From an uncultured delta proteobacterium (GTDB taxonomy: Bacteria > Desulfobacterota > RBG-13-43-22), in the NCBI GenBank assembly GCA_963802945.1, contig CAWDKY010000016.1, forward strand, positions 263,287 to 327,286: 64,000 nucleotides of DNA, read 5' to 3'. Position numbers and translations under genes: made by a program. Positions 29,192 to 38,685 of the stretch are shown here, one piece after another. The notes under the pieces are model-generated. The model worked only from the letters and a program-made list of their open reading frames with translations, had not been told where the DNA came from and did not search any database. Each line of letters opens with the position of its first letter. Within the stretch, counting starts at the first letter, position 1.

Positions 29192-30313
29192 TTAAACAAA
29201 GCCGTAGCGTTGGCGTAAAGCTTGAGAAAGTCGGTTCAGTAAACCCAAAACACGCTCGGCCAAGGCTTCGGTAAGCACACCTCCGGCGCCGCAACTGGGG
29301 GTGATCAGTGCCCGCCGCAATAGCAGTTCCCGATCAAATCCCTTTTCCGCCAATTGTTGTACGCCCTCTTCAAAACGGGACAGCAAAGAGGGAACCGTTT
29401 CCGTCAAAGCCGCTTCTCTATCAAGAGTGGGGACGATACCCCAGCCCAGAGAGCCGCCCTGAGTCAGGAAGGTACTGAGTTCTGGCGGATAGAGGGTGAT
29501 GGCCTGCAGGTGATCATAAGCATCAAAGGCGAGGATATCTAAATCTGTCTGCATCACTAAAGACCAATCGGTATTTTCTTCGCAGTGGATACCGGCCAGA
29601 CCGCCTTGTTTATGGATGGCCGCCGTCACTTCATTTAAATCTTTTATAACGTCCTTTTTGCCAATCGTTAAAAAAAGATGCTTGCCGAATCCCAACAATG
29701 AGGGTTCATCAATAAAAATCATATTCGGAAGATTGAACCGGCTGAATTGTTCCATCTGCCAGGTTGCTTTAAGCTCTATCATTTTGATGATGAGATCCCG
29801 CAATTGTTCATCGTAGTAAGAGCAGCGCTTGTCTTGATCCAAAAAATTGATCCCCAGGGTTATGGGACCGGTCACCTGACCTTTGAGCATCCCTATTTTA
29901 CCCGAGGCGATCCGTTCAGGAAGCTGTTTCATAAATTCGGCAAAGCCGGCTGCATATTGGGAGGACAGCCCAAACGTCTCCAGGGCCTCAAGATCGTGCT
30001 TTTCCATTGCGTCCAGGTAACGCCGGTAAAAAACGACCATTTGCTCGATATAATCAGGAGATTCTACGGAAAAATAAAGGTATTCCTCCTCTTGAATTAA
30101 CCCCGGCAACCCTTCCGTAAATTGGGTCATCATGTTTTCATATCGGTTTCGTTTGGGGAACTGAATCCAGGAAGGGATATGCGGGGTGTGTTCAAACATG
30201 AGATTCGTGCCCTTGACCACATCGGTATGCGGCAGACTGCCGATGGTAGTGGCCAGGCAGCAGGGCTCAAAAATATAATGGGATGTTTTCGGGTTGTTTT
30301 TCTCTGAGGCCAT
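29192..30313 (-). CDS. cobalamin-independent methionine synthase catalytic-domain (core MetE-like) protein
   Basis: TTIGSLPH, LKGQVTGPIT, FIDEP, GIHC..NTDW, FDAY, WGIVPT, ITPSCG; single-barrel length 373 aa. Confidence 0.82.
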   Translation of the reverse strand: MASEKNNPKTSHYIFEPCCLATTIGSLPHTDVVKGTNLMFEHTPHIPSWIQFPKRNRYENMMTQFTEGLPGLIQEEEYLYFSVESPDYIEQMVVFYRRYLDAMEKHDLEALETFGLSSQYAAGFAEFMKQLPERIASGKIGMLKGQVTGPITLGINFLDQDKRCSYYDEQLRDLIIKMIELKATWQMEQFSRFNLPNMIFIDEPSLLGFGKHLFLTIGKKDVIKDLNEVTAAIHKQGGLAGIHCEENTDWSLVMQTDLDILAFDAYDHLQAITLYPPELSTFLTQGGSLGWGIVPTLDREAALTETVPSLLSRFEEGVQQLAEKGFDRELLLRRALITPSCGAGGVLTEALAERVLGLLNRLSQALRQRYGFV

Positions 30314-30397
30314 TTGGAGGCCTTCTGTAGGGTTGACTTTTATTAACCAATTTAATAATTATAGTAGGTTTGTCAAGAAGTTATTGAAAAGGGCGGA

Positions 30398-31087
30398 TTA
30401 AAGGATTTTCAGTTTTGTAAAGAGTGGTCCCTTGGCCCAGGAGCGAATGGCCTCCCAGTCACGAAAATCGCCTTCCGTCACCCCCTTGGATTGTATGATT
30501 TTCTTGTTTAACCATGAGAGGTTGTTGTAATGCATTGCTCCGGCAAAAGGTTCGATGTCAACCGGCTTTACTTGGGGTATGGTTTGAAGAACAGGATCAA
30601 AATAGGCTAAGGCTATTCGACGATTCTCTTCCGTTGGTTGGTGCAGGGTCATACAGACCAGGAAATAGGCTACCGGAATCTGACGCAATATTTCAGAGTT
30701 GGCCTTTACAAAATCCATCGCTTCCGGCATCCATTTGCCTCTGTAAATTGCACTGCCCACAATTACGCCTTGATAGGAACTCAAGTTTTTCACGTTTTTT
30801 ATTAAGAAAACGTCCACCTTCGCCCCCTGGCTGCATAATTCTTTCCCGATGGCCTCGGCAACACCACCGGTGGAGCCGTACTCGCTGGCGTAGGCGACTA
30901 ATATTTTTTTGTTCACCTTATTATTACTCTTGTCTCCGCATTTCGTTTCAGGGAAGAGGATTGAAGCAGCATAGCCGGATCCTGCAGGCGAGAAGCTTCC
31001 TAAGGATATGGTACCGATGATTCCCCCGGCCAGTACCAGAAAATCCCGGCGACCCATTCCCCGTTGTTTATTGTCTTTCGTTTCCAT
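30398..31087 (-). CDS. flavodoxin-domain (HemG-like) protein with Tat signal
   Basis: GRRDFL twin-arginine motif; LVAYASEYGST, VGSAIY.G.W, GDFRDWEAI. Confidence 0.85.
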   Translation of the reverse strand: METKDNKQRGMGRRDFLVLAGGIIGTISLGSFSPAGSGYAASILFPETKCGDKSNNKVNKKILVAYASEYGSTGGVAEAIGKELCSQGAKVDVFLIKNVKNLSSYQGVIVGSAIYRGKWMPEAMDFVKANSEILRQIPVAYFLVCMTLHQPTEENRRIALAYFDPVLQTIPQVKPVDIEPFAGAMHYNNLSWLNKKIIQSKGVTEGDFRDWEAIRSWAKGPLFTKLKIL

Positions 31088-31168
31088 GAACCCTCCTTTT
31101 TTATTCAATTAAATGTTTTTGAGAAGCAAAAGACGGATGAAAACCGGAAATGAAAAACATACTTCTGT

Positions 31169-32014
31169 TCAGGCCATTTTAATGGCCATCATCCCCAGGA
31201 CGATTAAGGAGATCCCGATGATCTTAATCCCGGAAAACTTTTCGCCCAGGAAGACGAATCCCATTAGGGCGCCGATGGCCACTGCCGATTCCCTTAAGGC
31301 TACCACATAACTGACCGGGGCGATCCGAAAAATAAAAAGAATTAACAGGTAGGTGACGAGGGAACCGGCCCCGATAATAAAACTATATTTTTTGTAATCC
31401 TTCCAGGCCAGGGACAATGCGTGGCATTTTTTAATCAACACATAAGGAGTCAGCCAGAGCGTGGCGATAATCCACAGGCCGAAGATGTAGGCCACCGGAT
31501 TCATGATCCCCACACCCAGTTTATCGACTATGGAATAGCTGACAATCATGGCCCCGACCAATAAGGCGAATAACAAACCTTTAAAGCTCCCTTTTTGTCG
31601 GGCGTCTTTTAGACCGACCAACAAGGTCCCGATACTGACCGAGGCTATTCCCAGAAGGCCGAACAGGGTAATGGCTTCATTTAAACAAAAAAAGGCGATC
31701 AGGGCTGTCCCGGCGACCCCGGTCCCTCTGGCTATCGGGTAGGCGCTGGAGATATCTCCGTGCTCATAGGCCTTGGCCAGGGCGAAAAAATAGACGGCAT
31801 GGATGGTCCCGGTGGCTAAAACATAGGGGAAGGCCTTGGTGTTGAAAATATCCGCAACCGAAAGGGTGAAAAGGAGGGGGAAAATTAATAGACTGGAAAC
31901 CAGGAGCGCCAGATAGACCACGTAAAAATTTCCTGAAGCTTTTTTGGCGGCAAAGTTCCAGGTAGCATGAAGAAAGGCGGAGCAAATGACCATCAAAAAT
32001 ATAATCAGGGGCAT
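31169..32014 (-). CDS. EamA/DMT family transporter
   Basis: SAFLHATWN, AYEHGDISSAYPIARG, YSIVDK, YVVALRES; about 10 TM segments. Confidence 0.9.
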   Translation of the reverse strand: MPLIIFLMVICSAFLHATWNFAAKKASGNFYVVYLALLVSSLLIFPLLFTLSVADIFNTKAFPYVLATGTIHAVYFFALAKAYEHGDISSAYPIARGTGVAGTALIAFFCLNEAITLFGLLGIASVSIGTLLVGLKDARQKGSFKGLLFALLVGAMIVSYSIVDKLGVGIMNPVAYIFGLWIIATLWLTPYVLIKKCHALSLAWKDYKKYSFIIGAGSLVTYLLILFIFRIAPVSYVVALRESAVAIGALMGFVFLGEKFSGIKIIGISLIVLGMMAIKMA

Positions 32015-32038
32015 ATTGCCATAGTGCCTTTCCTACCT

Positions 32039-32650
32039 TCAGGCGGTAGCCATTTCCGTTAGGAGTTTTTCTATTCGCCGAGGATTGCCAATTCCGCAGA
32101 CACAGGGCTTGATTAGCATTTGAGCTCCTTCTTCAGTGGTCATCTTCCGCCGTTTGATTTTTTTTACGATGTCTTTCACCAGATACTGAGAGATCAGGGC
32201 ATGTCCGCATTGGGTGATGATCTCAAGGGTTTTTTCATCGGGGAGTTTTTTCGTATTGCCGAAAATACCCAGGGAGACATTATAGGTATGTTCGTTCAGA
32301 TCGTTGGCCCGGCAAAGACAACGCACGTCGGAAAAGAGACCGGACAGAACCATGGATATCCCCAGTTTTTTGGTTTTGACTTCCGCTATCAAGTTGCGGA
32401 CATCATCCTTAATATTAAAAACAGCAGTGATTATCCCGCCGCGGGGAATAAGTTTTTTCAGTTGTTCCTCATTAAGCCCCATGGGCGCACCGATAATATT
32501 GGCGGGTTTATATTTTAAGACCGCATCGATAAGGGGAAACATCCCGGGAAGCTTTTGATCTTTTTCCTGCTGGTGTACCATGAAAAGTACTACGATTTCC
32601 TCTCCCGGTCTGGTTTCTGAGAGACCTCTGCGGTTTAAGGTGTGGGTCAT
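32039..32650 (-). CDS. uncharacterised Cys/His-motif protein
   Basis: 203 aa, AGGAG RBS; MTHTLNRRG, QCGHALI, PCVCGIGNP. Confidence 0.8.
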   Translation of the reverse strand: MTHTLNRRGLSETRPGEEIVVLFMVHQQEKDQKLPGMFPLIDAVLKYKPANIIGAPMGLNEEQLKKLIPRGGIITAVFNIKDDVRNLIAEVKTKKLGISMVLSGLFSDVRCLCRANDLNEHTYNVSLGIFGNTKKLPDEKTLEIITQCGHALISQYLVKDIVKKIKRRKMTTEEGAQMLIKPCVCGIGNPRRIEKLLTEMATA

Positions 32651-32679
32651 GATTTCTCCTGATGTTTAGTGTGAAAAGA

Positions 32680-32752
32680 AGTTCGGAGTTCGGAGTTCAG
32701 AGTTAAGAGTTTGGAGTAATATGATTTTACTCCGAACTAAATACTCCGAACT
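32680..32752. repeat. inverted pair of heptamer arrays (AGTTCGG / ACTCCGA)
   Basis: agttcggagttcggagttcagagttaagagtttggagt ... actccgaactaaatactccgaact. Confidence 0.8.
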
Positions 32753-32821
32753 TTAACGGGATTTTTATTTCCCTGGATCTTCGAATCTGTTTTCATACTT
32801 GATTTGAACCTGAGATAGGTT

Positions 32822-33532
32822 TCAAACCAGGGCCATCCCTATGTTGACTTTTCCATTGGGGTAAATATCGTGACCGGCTTCTTTGAGACGCCCCATGAAA
32901 CGGCAGTCTCCATTTGAATCCGCCCGGGAGATGACGCTCATGGTAGCCACCGAATCCAGTTCCCGGTTTAAAAAGGCCTTCATCTCGGTAATAAAATCGA
33001 TTGCCTTGTCCTCATCGATGATGAATTCGGCTATGGCACTAAGCACTTTTTCGCCCAAAACCTCCGGTCTCAAGGCTCCGGTCTCGTGGTCGACGATCAG
33101 ATCCATGACCGGATTGTCTTTAGCAAATTCGACTTTCTTGCGTTTTAACTCCTTAACTACTTTTTCTAAGTCGGTAAGATAGGCCCCCACTCCCGGCCGG
33201 CCCAATTCAATGGAAAAGCCGATTTTTCCTTCAATGAAATGATTGGTTACATCGTTGGTTTTCATTTCTTCCGTCCCCCGGCCGCTGATACCGGTGCTTT
33301 CATGCCGGGTAGTCGGGTCGGAAAAAGCGGCTCTAATGATTCTCGGGTAGGGAATGGTTTCGACCTGTTTGATGGCCCCTTCGTTGCAGATATTCATTCT
33401 CCGGCAGACACCGCATTCCACGCAGGTCTCATAATCAATAATCACTTCTTTGTCTTTGACCACAATGGCGCCCATAGGACAGACGGGCCGACAATCCAGG
33501 CATTTCTTACAAAATTCTTTTTCAATATACAT
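32822..33532 (-). CDS. 2x[4Fe-4S] ferredoxin-domain protein with uncharacterised C-terminal domain
   Basis: CKKCLDCRPVCP and CVECGVCRRMNIC, followed by SDP..RHESTGISGRGTEEMKTNDVT and ELGRPGVG. Confidence 0.85.
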   Translation of the reverse strand: MYIEKEFCKKCLDCRPVCPMGAIVVKDKEVIIDYETCVECGVCRRMNICNEGAIKQVETIPYPRIIRAAFSDPTTRHESTGISGRGTEEMKTNDVTNHFIEGKIGFSIELGRPGVGAYLTDLEKVVKELKRKKVEFAKDNPVMDLIVDHETGALRPEVLGEKVLSAIAEFIIDEDKAIDFITEMKAFLNRELDSVATMSVISRADSNGDCRFMGRLKEAGHDIYPNGKVNIGMALV

Positions 33533-33585
33533 AGGTGATCGATTCCCTTTCAGTTGAAGGGGAATAATTTTATTGATTTCCAGGT

Positions 33586-34530
33586 TTACACGACTTCAGG
33601 ATATAGCGGAGAGCCGGCTTTCATAAAACGGGACATGTGCCGCATCCCGGCAACGAGTTTATCGCTTTTCTTCTCATATAACCGGGATTCATACCAGTAG
33701 TATTCGGTCTTGCTGGTGACCCCCACGGCGATAATCTTACCTTTTGCCCGATAGGGGAAATCGGTTTTTACCGGACCGTTAAAAAATTGGATTTCGGTAC
33801 CGCCAAAAAAACCGACTGCTTTGGGTATAAATGGAAGCGGCACCTGCATAAAATTAATGATGCGACTGAGCGGCGCAATGGGCGGCCCCCAGGGAGATCT
33901 CTTCGAATACCAATCAATCCTATCCTCAAGGTACACCAGCCAGTTCTCCTGGGCAAGGGAATCGAGGACTTCCTCGAACGGCGTCATCTCATCTCCGGCT
34001 TTGATTCCTTTTAGAATCCTTAATTTTTCCGGAGAACTGCTTTCTATCTCCAGGGATTGCAGATATGATTTTTCATCGGGATTACCCAGGGAAAGTGTTC
34101 CTTTAGCCACGATACGTTTGTCCGGTGTTTCCGCCCGGGCCTCCACTTGAACATCCTTTGCTCCGGCAGGTGGGACTTGGACAACCGCCCTGACCTCTTC
34201 TCCATCCAACAAGGCAAAGGTATAATACAAACTGATTGAACCCGTTTCAAAACAATTCTGCCCGAAAACCTTGATCATGATAGGGGCAAAAAGATCGAGG
34301 TGTTGGATGCCGGCAACGACTCCGCCGCGCATACCCACTTTTTTGGCCACGTCATCATTGTGGATGGTTATATGTTGTTTATTTACGGTTTCAATTTGGA
34401 TGTTAAGAGGGTTGTCTTGATTTTTGAAAAGAGTCCGTAAAATAGGACGGGTTTCGGGGGTAAAATCGTTGATGGCTTTACGCCAAGGCCCAACTATCCA
34501 ACCATTTTGAATCATGAGATTGTCTGACAT
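33586..34530 (-). CDS. putative double-hotdog (MaoC-like) protein
   Basis: IHNDDVAKKVGMRGGVVAG resembles the MaoC hydratase segment; second half has WYSKRSPWGPPIAP and FFNGPV; paralog at 46558. Confidence 0.65.
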   Translation of the reverse strand: MSDNLMIQNGWIVGPWRKAINDFTPETRPILRTLFKNQDNPLNIQIETVNKQHITIHNDDVAKKVGMRGGVVAGIQHLDLFAPIMIKVFGQNCFETGSISLYYTFALLDGEEVRAVVQVPPAGAKDVQVEARAETPDKRIVAKGTLSLGNPDEKSYLQSLEIESSSPEKLRILKGIKAGDEMTPFEEVLDSLAQENWLVYLEDRIDWYSKRSPWGPPIAPLSRIINFMQVPLPFIPKAVGFFGGTEIQFFNGPVKTDFPYRAKGKIIAVGVTSKTEYYWYESRLYEKKSDKLVAGMRHMSRFMKAGSPLYPEVV

Positions 34531-34575
34531 AGGATCAAACCTCCTTTATAAACTTTGAGAATAAGAATTTATAGG

Positions 34576-34926
34576 CTATTGATTAACCCGTTTGGCCCTT
34601 TGGCCTCCAAAGGCATAAATAGCTCTGGTGCTGGGTGCGGCCTCCCCACTGTGAGGGCTGCCTTTGGGGATTAAAAATTCCTCCCCGACACCTATGGGAA
34701 TTCGCTTTCCATTCATAATCACCGTGTATTGTCCTTGGACCACCGTAAAGAACTCGTCATAGTCATGTATATGTTCGGCGGATTTTCCTCCATCTTGATA
34801 GGTCCAGAAGGCCAGCTGGCTTCCCTCCAGGCCGTCAAAGACATATCCCTCAATCCCTTGGGTGTATTGCGTTTCTGCAGAGATTTTATTAGCAGGGTGT
34901 TTCATAAATTCAGGAAATGCGTCCAT
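34576..34926 (-). CDS. cupin domain protein
   Basis: EHIHDYDE..VVQG and IPKGSPHSG cupin motifs; GGAGG RBS. Confidence 0.85.
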   Translation of the reverse strand: MDAFPEFMKHPANKISAETQYTQGIEGYVFDGLEGSQLAFWTYQDGGKSAEHIHDYDEFFTVVQGQYTVIMNGKRIPIGVGEEFLIPKGSPHSGEAAPSTRAIYAFGGQRAKRVNQ

Positions 34927-34934
34927 GCTTCCTC

Positions 34935-35406
34935 CTAAACTACGATGGTGCTTCGCCTCTCAAACAGGAGAACATCCCGCCATTGCCCGTCCATCTGTCC
35001 GAGCTTCTCGCGATGGCCTACGAATCGAAATCCACATCGCCGGTGAACGGCGATGCTGGACTCGTTCTCCGGGAAGATACCTGCCTGGAGGGTCCAGATT
35101 CCGTTTTGCTCCGACTCTTGCACAAGGGCCTGGAGCAATTGTTTCCCGACTCCCCGGCCTCGTTCGCCCTCCATAATATAAAGGCTGACCTCCGCTACAC
35201 CGCCATACACGCATCGGCTGGAGACCGGGCTCAAGGCTGCCCATCCTATCACCTTTCCGGAATCAACGGCAACCAAACGGCATTCCTTGAGGTGATCCGA
35301 ATCCCATTTCTCCCAGGTCGGGGCGTCAGTTTCAAAGGTGGCGTTTTTTGTGGCAATACCCTTCTTTAAAAATCGAAAGGACGGCGGGCCAGTCCTCAAC
35401 AGTCAT
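34935..35406 (-). CDS. phosphinothricin-acetyltransferase-like GNAT (frameshift near 35360; possibly C-domain of a tandem GNAT)
   Basis: GIAT.NATFET, GWAALSPVSSRCVYGGVAEVS, GIWTLQAGIFPENESS, WRDVLLFERRS. N-terminal MTVEDWPAV lies in the upstream frame. Confidence 0.8.
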
Positions 35407-35907
35407 ATTGTGTAGGGCATGATGTTGATTGGACAGGACCTCCGCAGAAATTGGAGATAAATTAAAAAATGCGCCTTCAATCTCTGCTTCAAGTTTTCTT
35501 GATATTACACTGATGTCTGATCGTTGTTCCCATCCGAGCGACTTCCAAAAGTCAATGCCGTCAGTATTGTCATTGAAAAAAAAGAGGTGACACTTTTGAA
35601 TACCTGCAATTTTCAAGGCCTGGAGACATTGATCAACAAGCTGGCGACCAAGACCTTGACGACGCCACTCCGGATGAACGGCCAGGTGGTAGATGTATCC
35701 GCGCCGGCCGTCATGACCTGCCAGGATCACACCTACCAGCCGGCCCTGGGTTCGGGCGAGGAAACTCATGCCGGGATTCTGTTTCAGATAGGACCGGATA
35801 TTTTCCCGAGAGTCAGCACTACTCAGCCCGACTCCTTCGCACTGCTGCCATAGGGTGAGAACTTCATCATAGGCCTCGATTATAAATGGTGAGATGGTTA
35901 TGGTCAT
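35332..35907 (-). CDS. GNAT acetyltransferase (YpeA-like)
   Basis: GHDGRRGYIYHLAVHPEWRRQGLG, GIQKCHLF, FWKSLGW. Confidence 0.85.
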   Translation of the reverse strand: MTITISPFIIEAYDEVLTLWQQCEGVGLSSADSRENIRSYLKQNPGMSFLARTQGRLVGVILAGHDGRRGYIYHLAVHPEWRRQGLGRQLVDQCLQALKIAGIQKCHLFFFNDNTDGIDFWKSLGWEQRSDISVISRKLEAEIEGAFFNLSPISAEVLSNQHHALHNMTVEDWPAVLSIFKEGYCHKKRHL

Positions 35908-35973
35908 ATTTCTCCACCGAAAGAGGTTTGTTTAGGAAACCCAGAAGGCGATCGCACTCCCTGTCTCGCTTTC

Positions 35974-36166
35974 GAGGCTGTGTCGTAATGGCAGATAGAG
36001 CCGTCAAGGCCGTCATGCCGGCGAAAGCCGGCATCCAGACGTCGTCCCGGCGAAAGCCGGGAACCAGACCCATATCCCCTGGATTCCCCCGGATCGAGTC
36101 CGGGGCAGGCTCCTCGTCGCGCTTCGCTTGCACGGAATGACAAAAATATAATTGCGACACAGTCTC
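35974..36166. mobile_element. MITE-like element, family B, containing REP-like hairpins
   Basis: 16-bp TIRs GAGGCTGTGTCGTAAT / ATTGCGACACAGTCTC (14/16); internal GTCATGCCGGCGAAAGCCGGCATCCAG ... CTGGATTCC ... GGAATGAC. Confidence 0.78.
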
Positions 36167-36188
36167 TTCAGCGGGACTGCACTTTGGT

Positions 36189-36629
36189 TCAGGGGGCTTC
36201 AAATTGCGACCGGTCGCCTCGCGCCCCCCGGATGATCATCCACTGATCCGGATTCTCAAGAGGTCCGAATCCGAATTGGGCATACACTTCGTGAGCATCC
36301 CTTGTACTGAGTAACCACTGATATACCAACGACATTTCCGGATGTTCCATAGCATACTTAACCATAGCGCTGCCGATGCCCTGTTTTCGAAAAGTTGGAT
36401 CGACAATTACGTCAAGAATGTAGGCGAATCTCACCTTGTCTGAAAGGATGCGAAGAAAGCTGACCTGTTTTCCAAATTCATCAAATCCCCCTACAACGAG
36501 GCTTGAATTTTTTGCGCCGAGGATTACCTCATCTTGGGTTATCCCCGGAGACCAATAGGCATCATGTAACCATTTTGATACGGTTTCGAATTCAATATGA
36601 TCGAATCCCGTTTTGAATGTAATTTGCAT
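36189..36629 (-). CDS. GNAT acetyltransferase
   Basis: AYWSPG, FAYILDVIVDPTFRKQGIG, LSTRDAHEVYAQFGF. Confidence 0.88.
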   Translation of the reverse strand: MQITFKTGFDHIEFETVSKWLHDAYWSPGITQDEVILGAKNSSLVVGGFDEFGKQVSFLRILSDKVRFAYILDVIVDPTFRKQGIGSAMVKYAMEHPEMSLVYQWLLSTRDAHEVYAQFGFGPLENPDQWMIIRGARGDRSQFEAP

Positions 36630-36782
36630 GGTTGTTCCTTCAGCTCAAAAGAGAACACCTGACACCCAAAGTTCCACCAAGGCTACGGCAAAGCAGAGAA
36701 TGGCGGAGAATTTGAGCATTTTTTGCGTCAATCATTATGAGTATTCCGTTCTATAATTTCGCTTTATTGATGGCTCTCAAGG

Positions 36783-37676
36783 CTAAACCGTATCCATGAC
36801 ACCCCGAATAAAGATGGGCTCCATTTGCAGTTGAGGGACATCGGTCTTTAATGCCTTTTCAAGATCGGCCAGATTTATCCCCTCATCAAATTCACTGGCA
36901 GCTTGCAGGATCGAAGGAAGCAAAGTCGCATCGCTGGAAGTGTTGAGAAAAATATTCGGCCGGCTCAACACCCATTGGACCACTCTGCGAAGTGCATCGG
37001 ATTCCTTGACCGGTTCGTACCAACTGAAGTGTTTCTGGGTATCGCCTTCCCGCCAGCGGCGTCGGGCAATGGATTTAATGGTCTGAACGGCAATTCCCCG
37101 GCTGGTGCAAAGGGTTATCAGTCGGTGTACGTCGGCAGCATATTCAGGGCTCTGCATTAGCATATAATTGTAGGGTAGAAGCACCGAATCGAAGGCGAAA
37201 CGCTCCAAACTGCGCAAATGCATTTCAGGAGCTCGTGTACCGTGACCAGTGACCCCAATGTAACGAACCAGACCTTGCTCTCTGGCTTCGATTGCCGCCT
37301 CTAACGCGCCGCCTGGACCCAAGGCCGTCTCCCAATCCGCTTGGTCCGTCAAGTTATGAAACTGGATCAGATCGAGCTGTTCTACTTGCAGACGTTCAAG
37401 AGATCGCCGGATACTATCCCATGCACCGGAAAATGTTCTCTCGCCGGTTTTGGTGGCCAGAAAGAAGTTTTGGCGGTGTTTCTTCATCCAAGCACCGACT
37501 CGAAGTTCGGCATCACCGTAAACGGCGGCGACGTCGATATGGTTTACCCCGTATTCCAGTAAGGTTTCAAGGACCTGATCGGCCCGTTCCTGTTTCATGG
37601 CCATCAAAGCAGCGGCACCGAATATAGTACGGGTGCTCAGGTGTCCGGTTTTCCCGAAAGGTATTTTCTTAATCAT
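36783..37676 (-). CDS. aldo/keto reductase
   Basis: FGKTG, GVNHIDVAAVYG, FLATK, SLERLQ..LDLIQFH, GLVRYIGVTGH. Confidence 0.92.
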   Translation of the reverse strand: MIKKIPFGKTGHLSTRTIFGAAALMAMKQERADQVLETLLEYGVNHIDVAAVYGDAELRVGAWMKKHRQNFFLATKTGERTFSGAWDSIRRSLERLQVEQLDLIQFHNLTDQADWETALGPGGALEAAIEAREQGLVRYIGVTGHGTRAPEMHLRSLERFAFDSVLLPYNYMLMQSPEYAADVHRLITLCTSRGIAVQTIKSIARRRWREGDTQKHFSWYEPVKESDALRRVVQWVLSRPNIFLNTSSDATLLPSILQAASEFDEGINLADLEKALKTDVPQLQMEPIFIRGVMDTV

Positions 37677-37690
37677 GCGTTATTTCTCCC

Positions 37691-38479
37691 TTAAGATTTT
37701 AGACATTTTATAAATCTGAATCCGGCATCAAAACTGTTTTGTTTTCTCAGATGTCCGTATTTTTCATCCCATTTCCCGATTTGTAAATCCTTTCTTAGAC
37801 CTTCGATACCTTTTTGAACCAAACTTTTTGAGGCTAGGGCCAGTCCGGAAACATTCCTTCTGAACTGAGGATCAAAGTATATTTCCGGTTTATTCCAACC
37901 GGAATACATATACTTGTCCGTTAAATCATGGGGCAAGGGGAATTTACGTATCGTTTTTTCCCATAGCCCCTCATCGGCAATCCTATCGGCAACCTCTTGA
38001 ATCGGCGGAAAGGAAATGAAATCTTTTTGATAGGCTTCTGGAAAATAATTTTTAAACCAGGGCTCTTCACCCTCCCGTGGATCAAAGGTCAATAAAATGA
38101 TTGGACCATTAGGGCAAATTCTATGAATTTCGGCGGCGGCCTTCGGCAGGGAAGAGAAATGGTGAAGGGCTAAAATGACGATGGCCCCATTCATCGAATT
38201 GTCGGATAAAGGAATGGACTCGGCAGTACCCGAAAGCCATTCCACCTGATCATTGGGAATTGCCTGCCGTTGCATCTTTTCCGAAGGTTCGATTGCTTTG
38301 ATCTTATATCCCAGATCAGCTAAGGCATTGGCATAATTTCCTGTCCCGGCGCCGATATCAGCTATCAGTGAGCCCAAGGGCAGGTTCAATAGATCAACAA
38401 TGTTCCTAACAATTCTATGATCGGCGGTTCGATTCTTATTATATTTGATACCGATGATATTGTAGACCTCTTCATTCAT
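37691..38479 (-). CDS. class I SAM-dependent methyltransferase
   Basis: ADIGAGTGNY, AIEPS, AESIPL, LALHHF. Confidence 0.9.
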   Translation of the reverse strand: MNEEVYNIIGIKYNKNRTADHRIVRNIVDLLNLPLGSLIADIGAGTGNYANALADLGYKIKAIEPSEKMQRQAIPNDQVEWLSGTAESIPLSDNSMNGAIVILALHHFSSLPKAAAEIHRICPNGPIILLTFDPREGEEPWFKNYFPEAYQKDFISFPPIQEVADRIADEGLWEKTIRKFPLPHDLTDKYMYSGWNKPEIYFDPQFRRNVSGLALASKSLVQKGIEGLRKDLQIGKWDEKYGHLRKQNSFDAGFRFIKCLKS

Positions 38480-38603
38480 CTCAAAAACTCAGGGGATAAA
38501 AAACGGGTTGATGGTGCAGATATTACCAGGATAATTTAAAAATAGCAAAAAAATCGAAAAAGTCATTCTTTGTTGTCAGTATCTTCCTTATAACAAATTG
38601 GCT

Positions 38604-38633
38604 TGACAGATAAAAAAGCCTTCTTCTATACTT
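38604..38633 (+). promoter_or_regulatory. sigma70-like promoter of the phosphotriesterase-family gene
   Basis: TTGACA-N18-TATACT about 50 bp before the start codon. Confidence 0.55.
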
Positions 38634-38685
38634 CAAAAACTCGAAACGAGGATCATGAGAGAAGAGCAAAAAGGAGAATTGTTAT

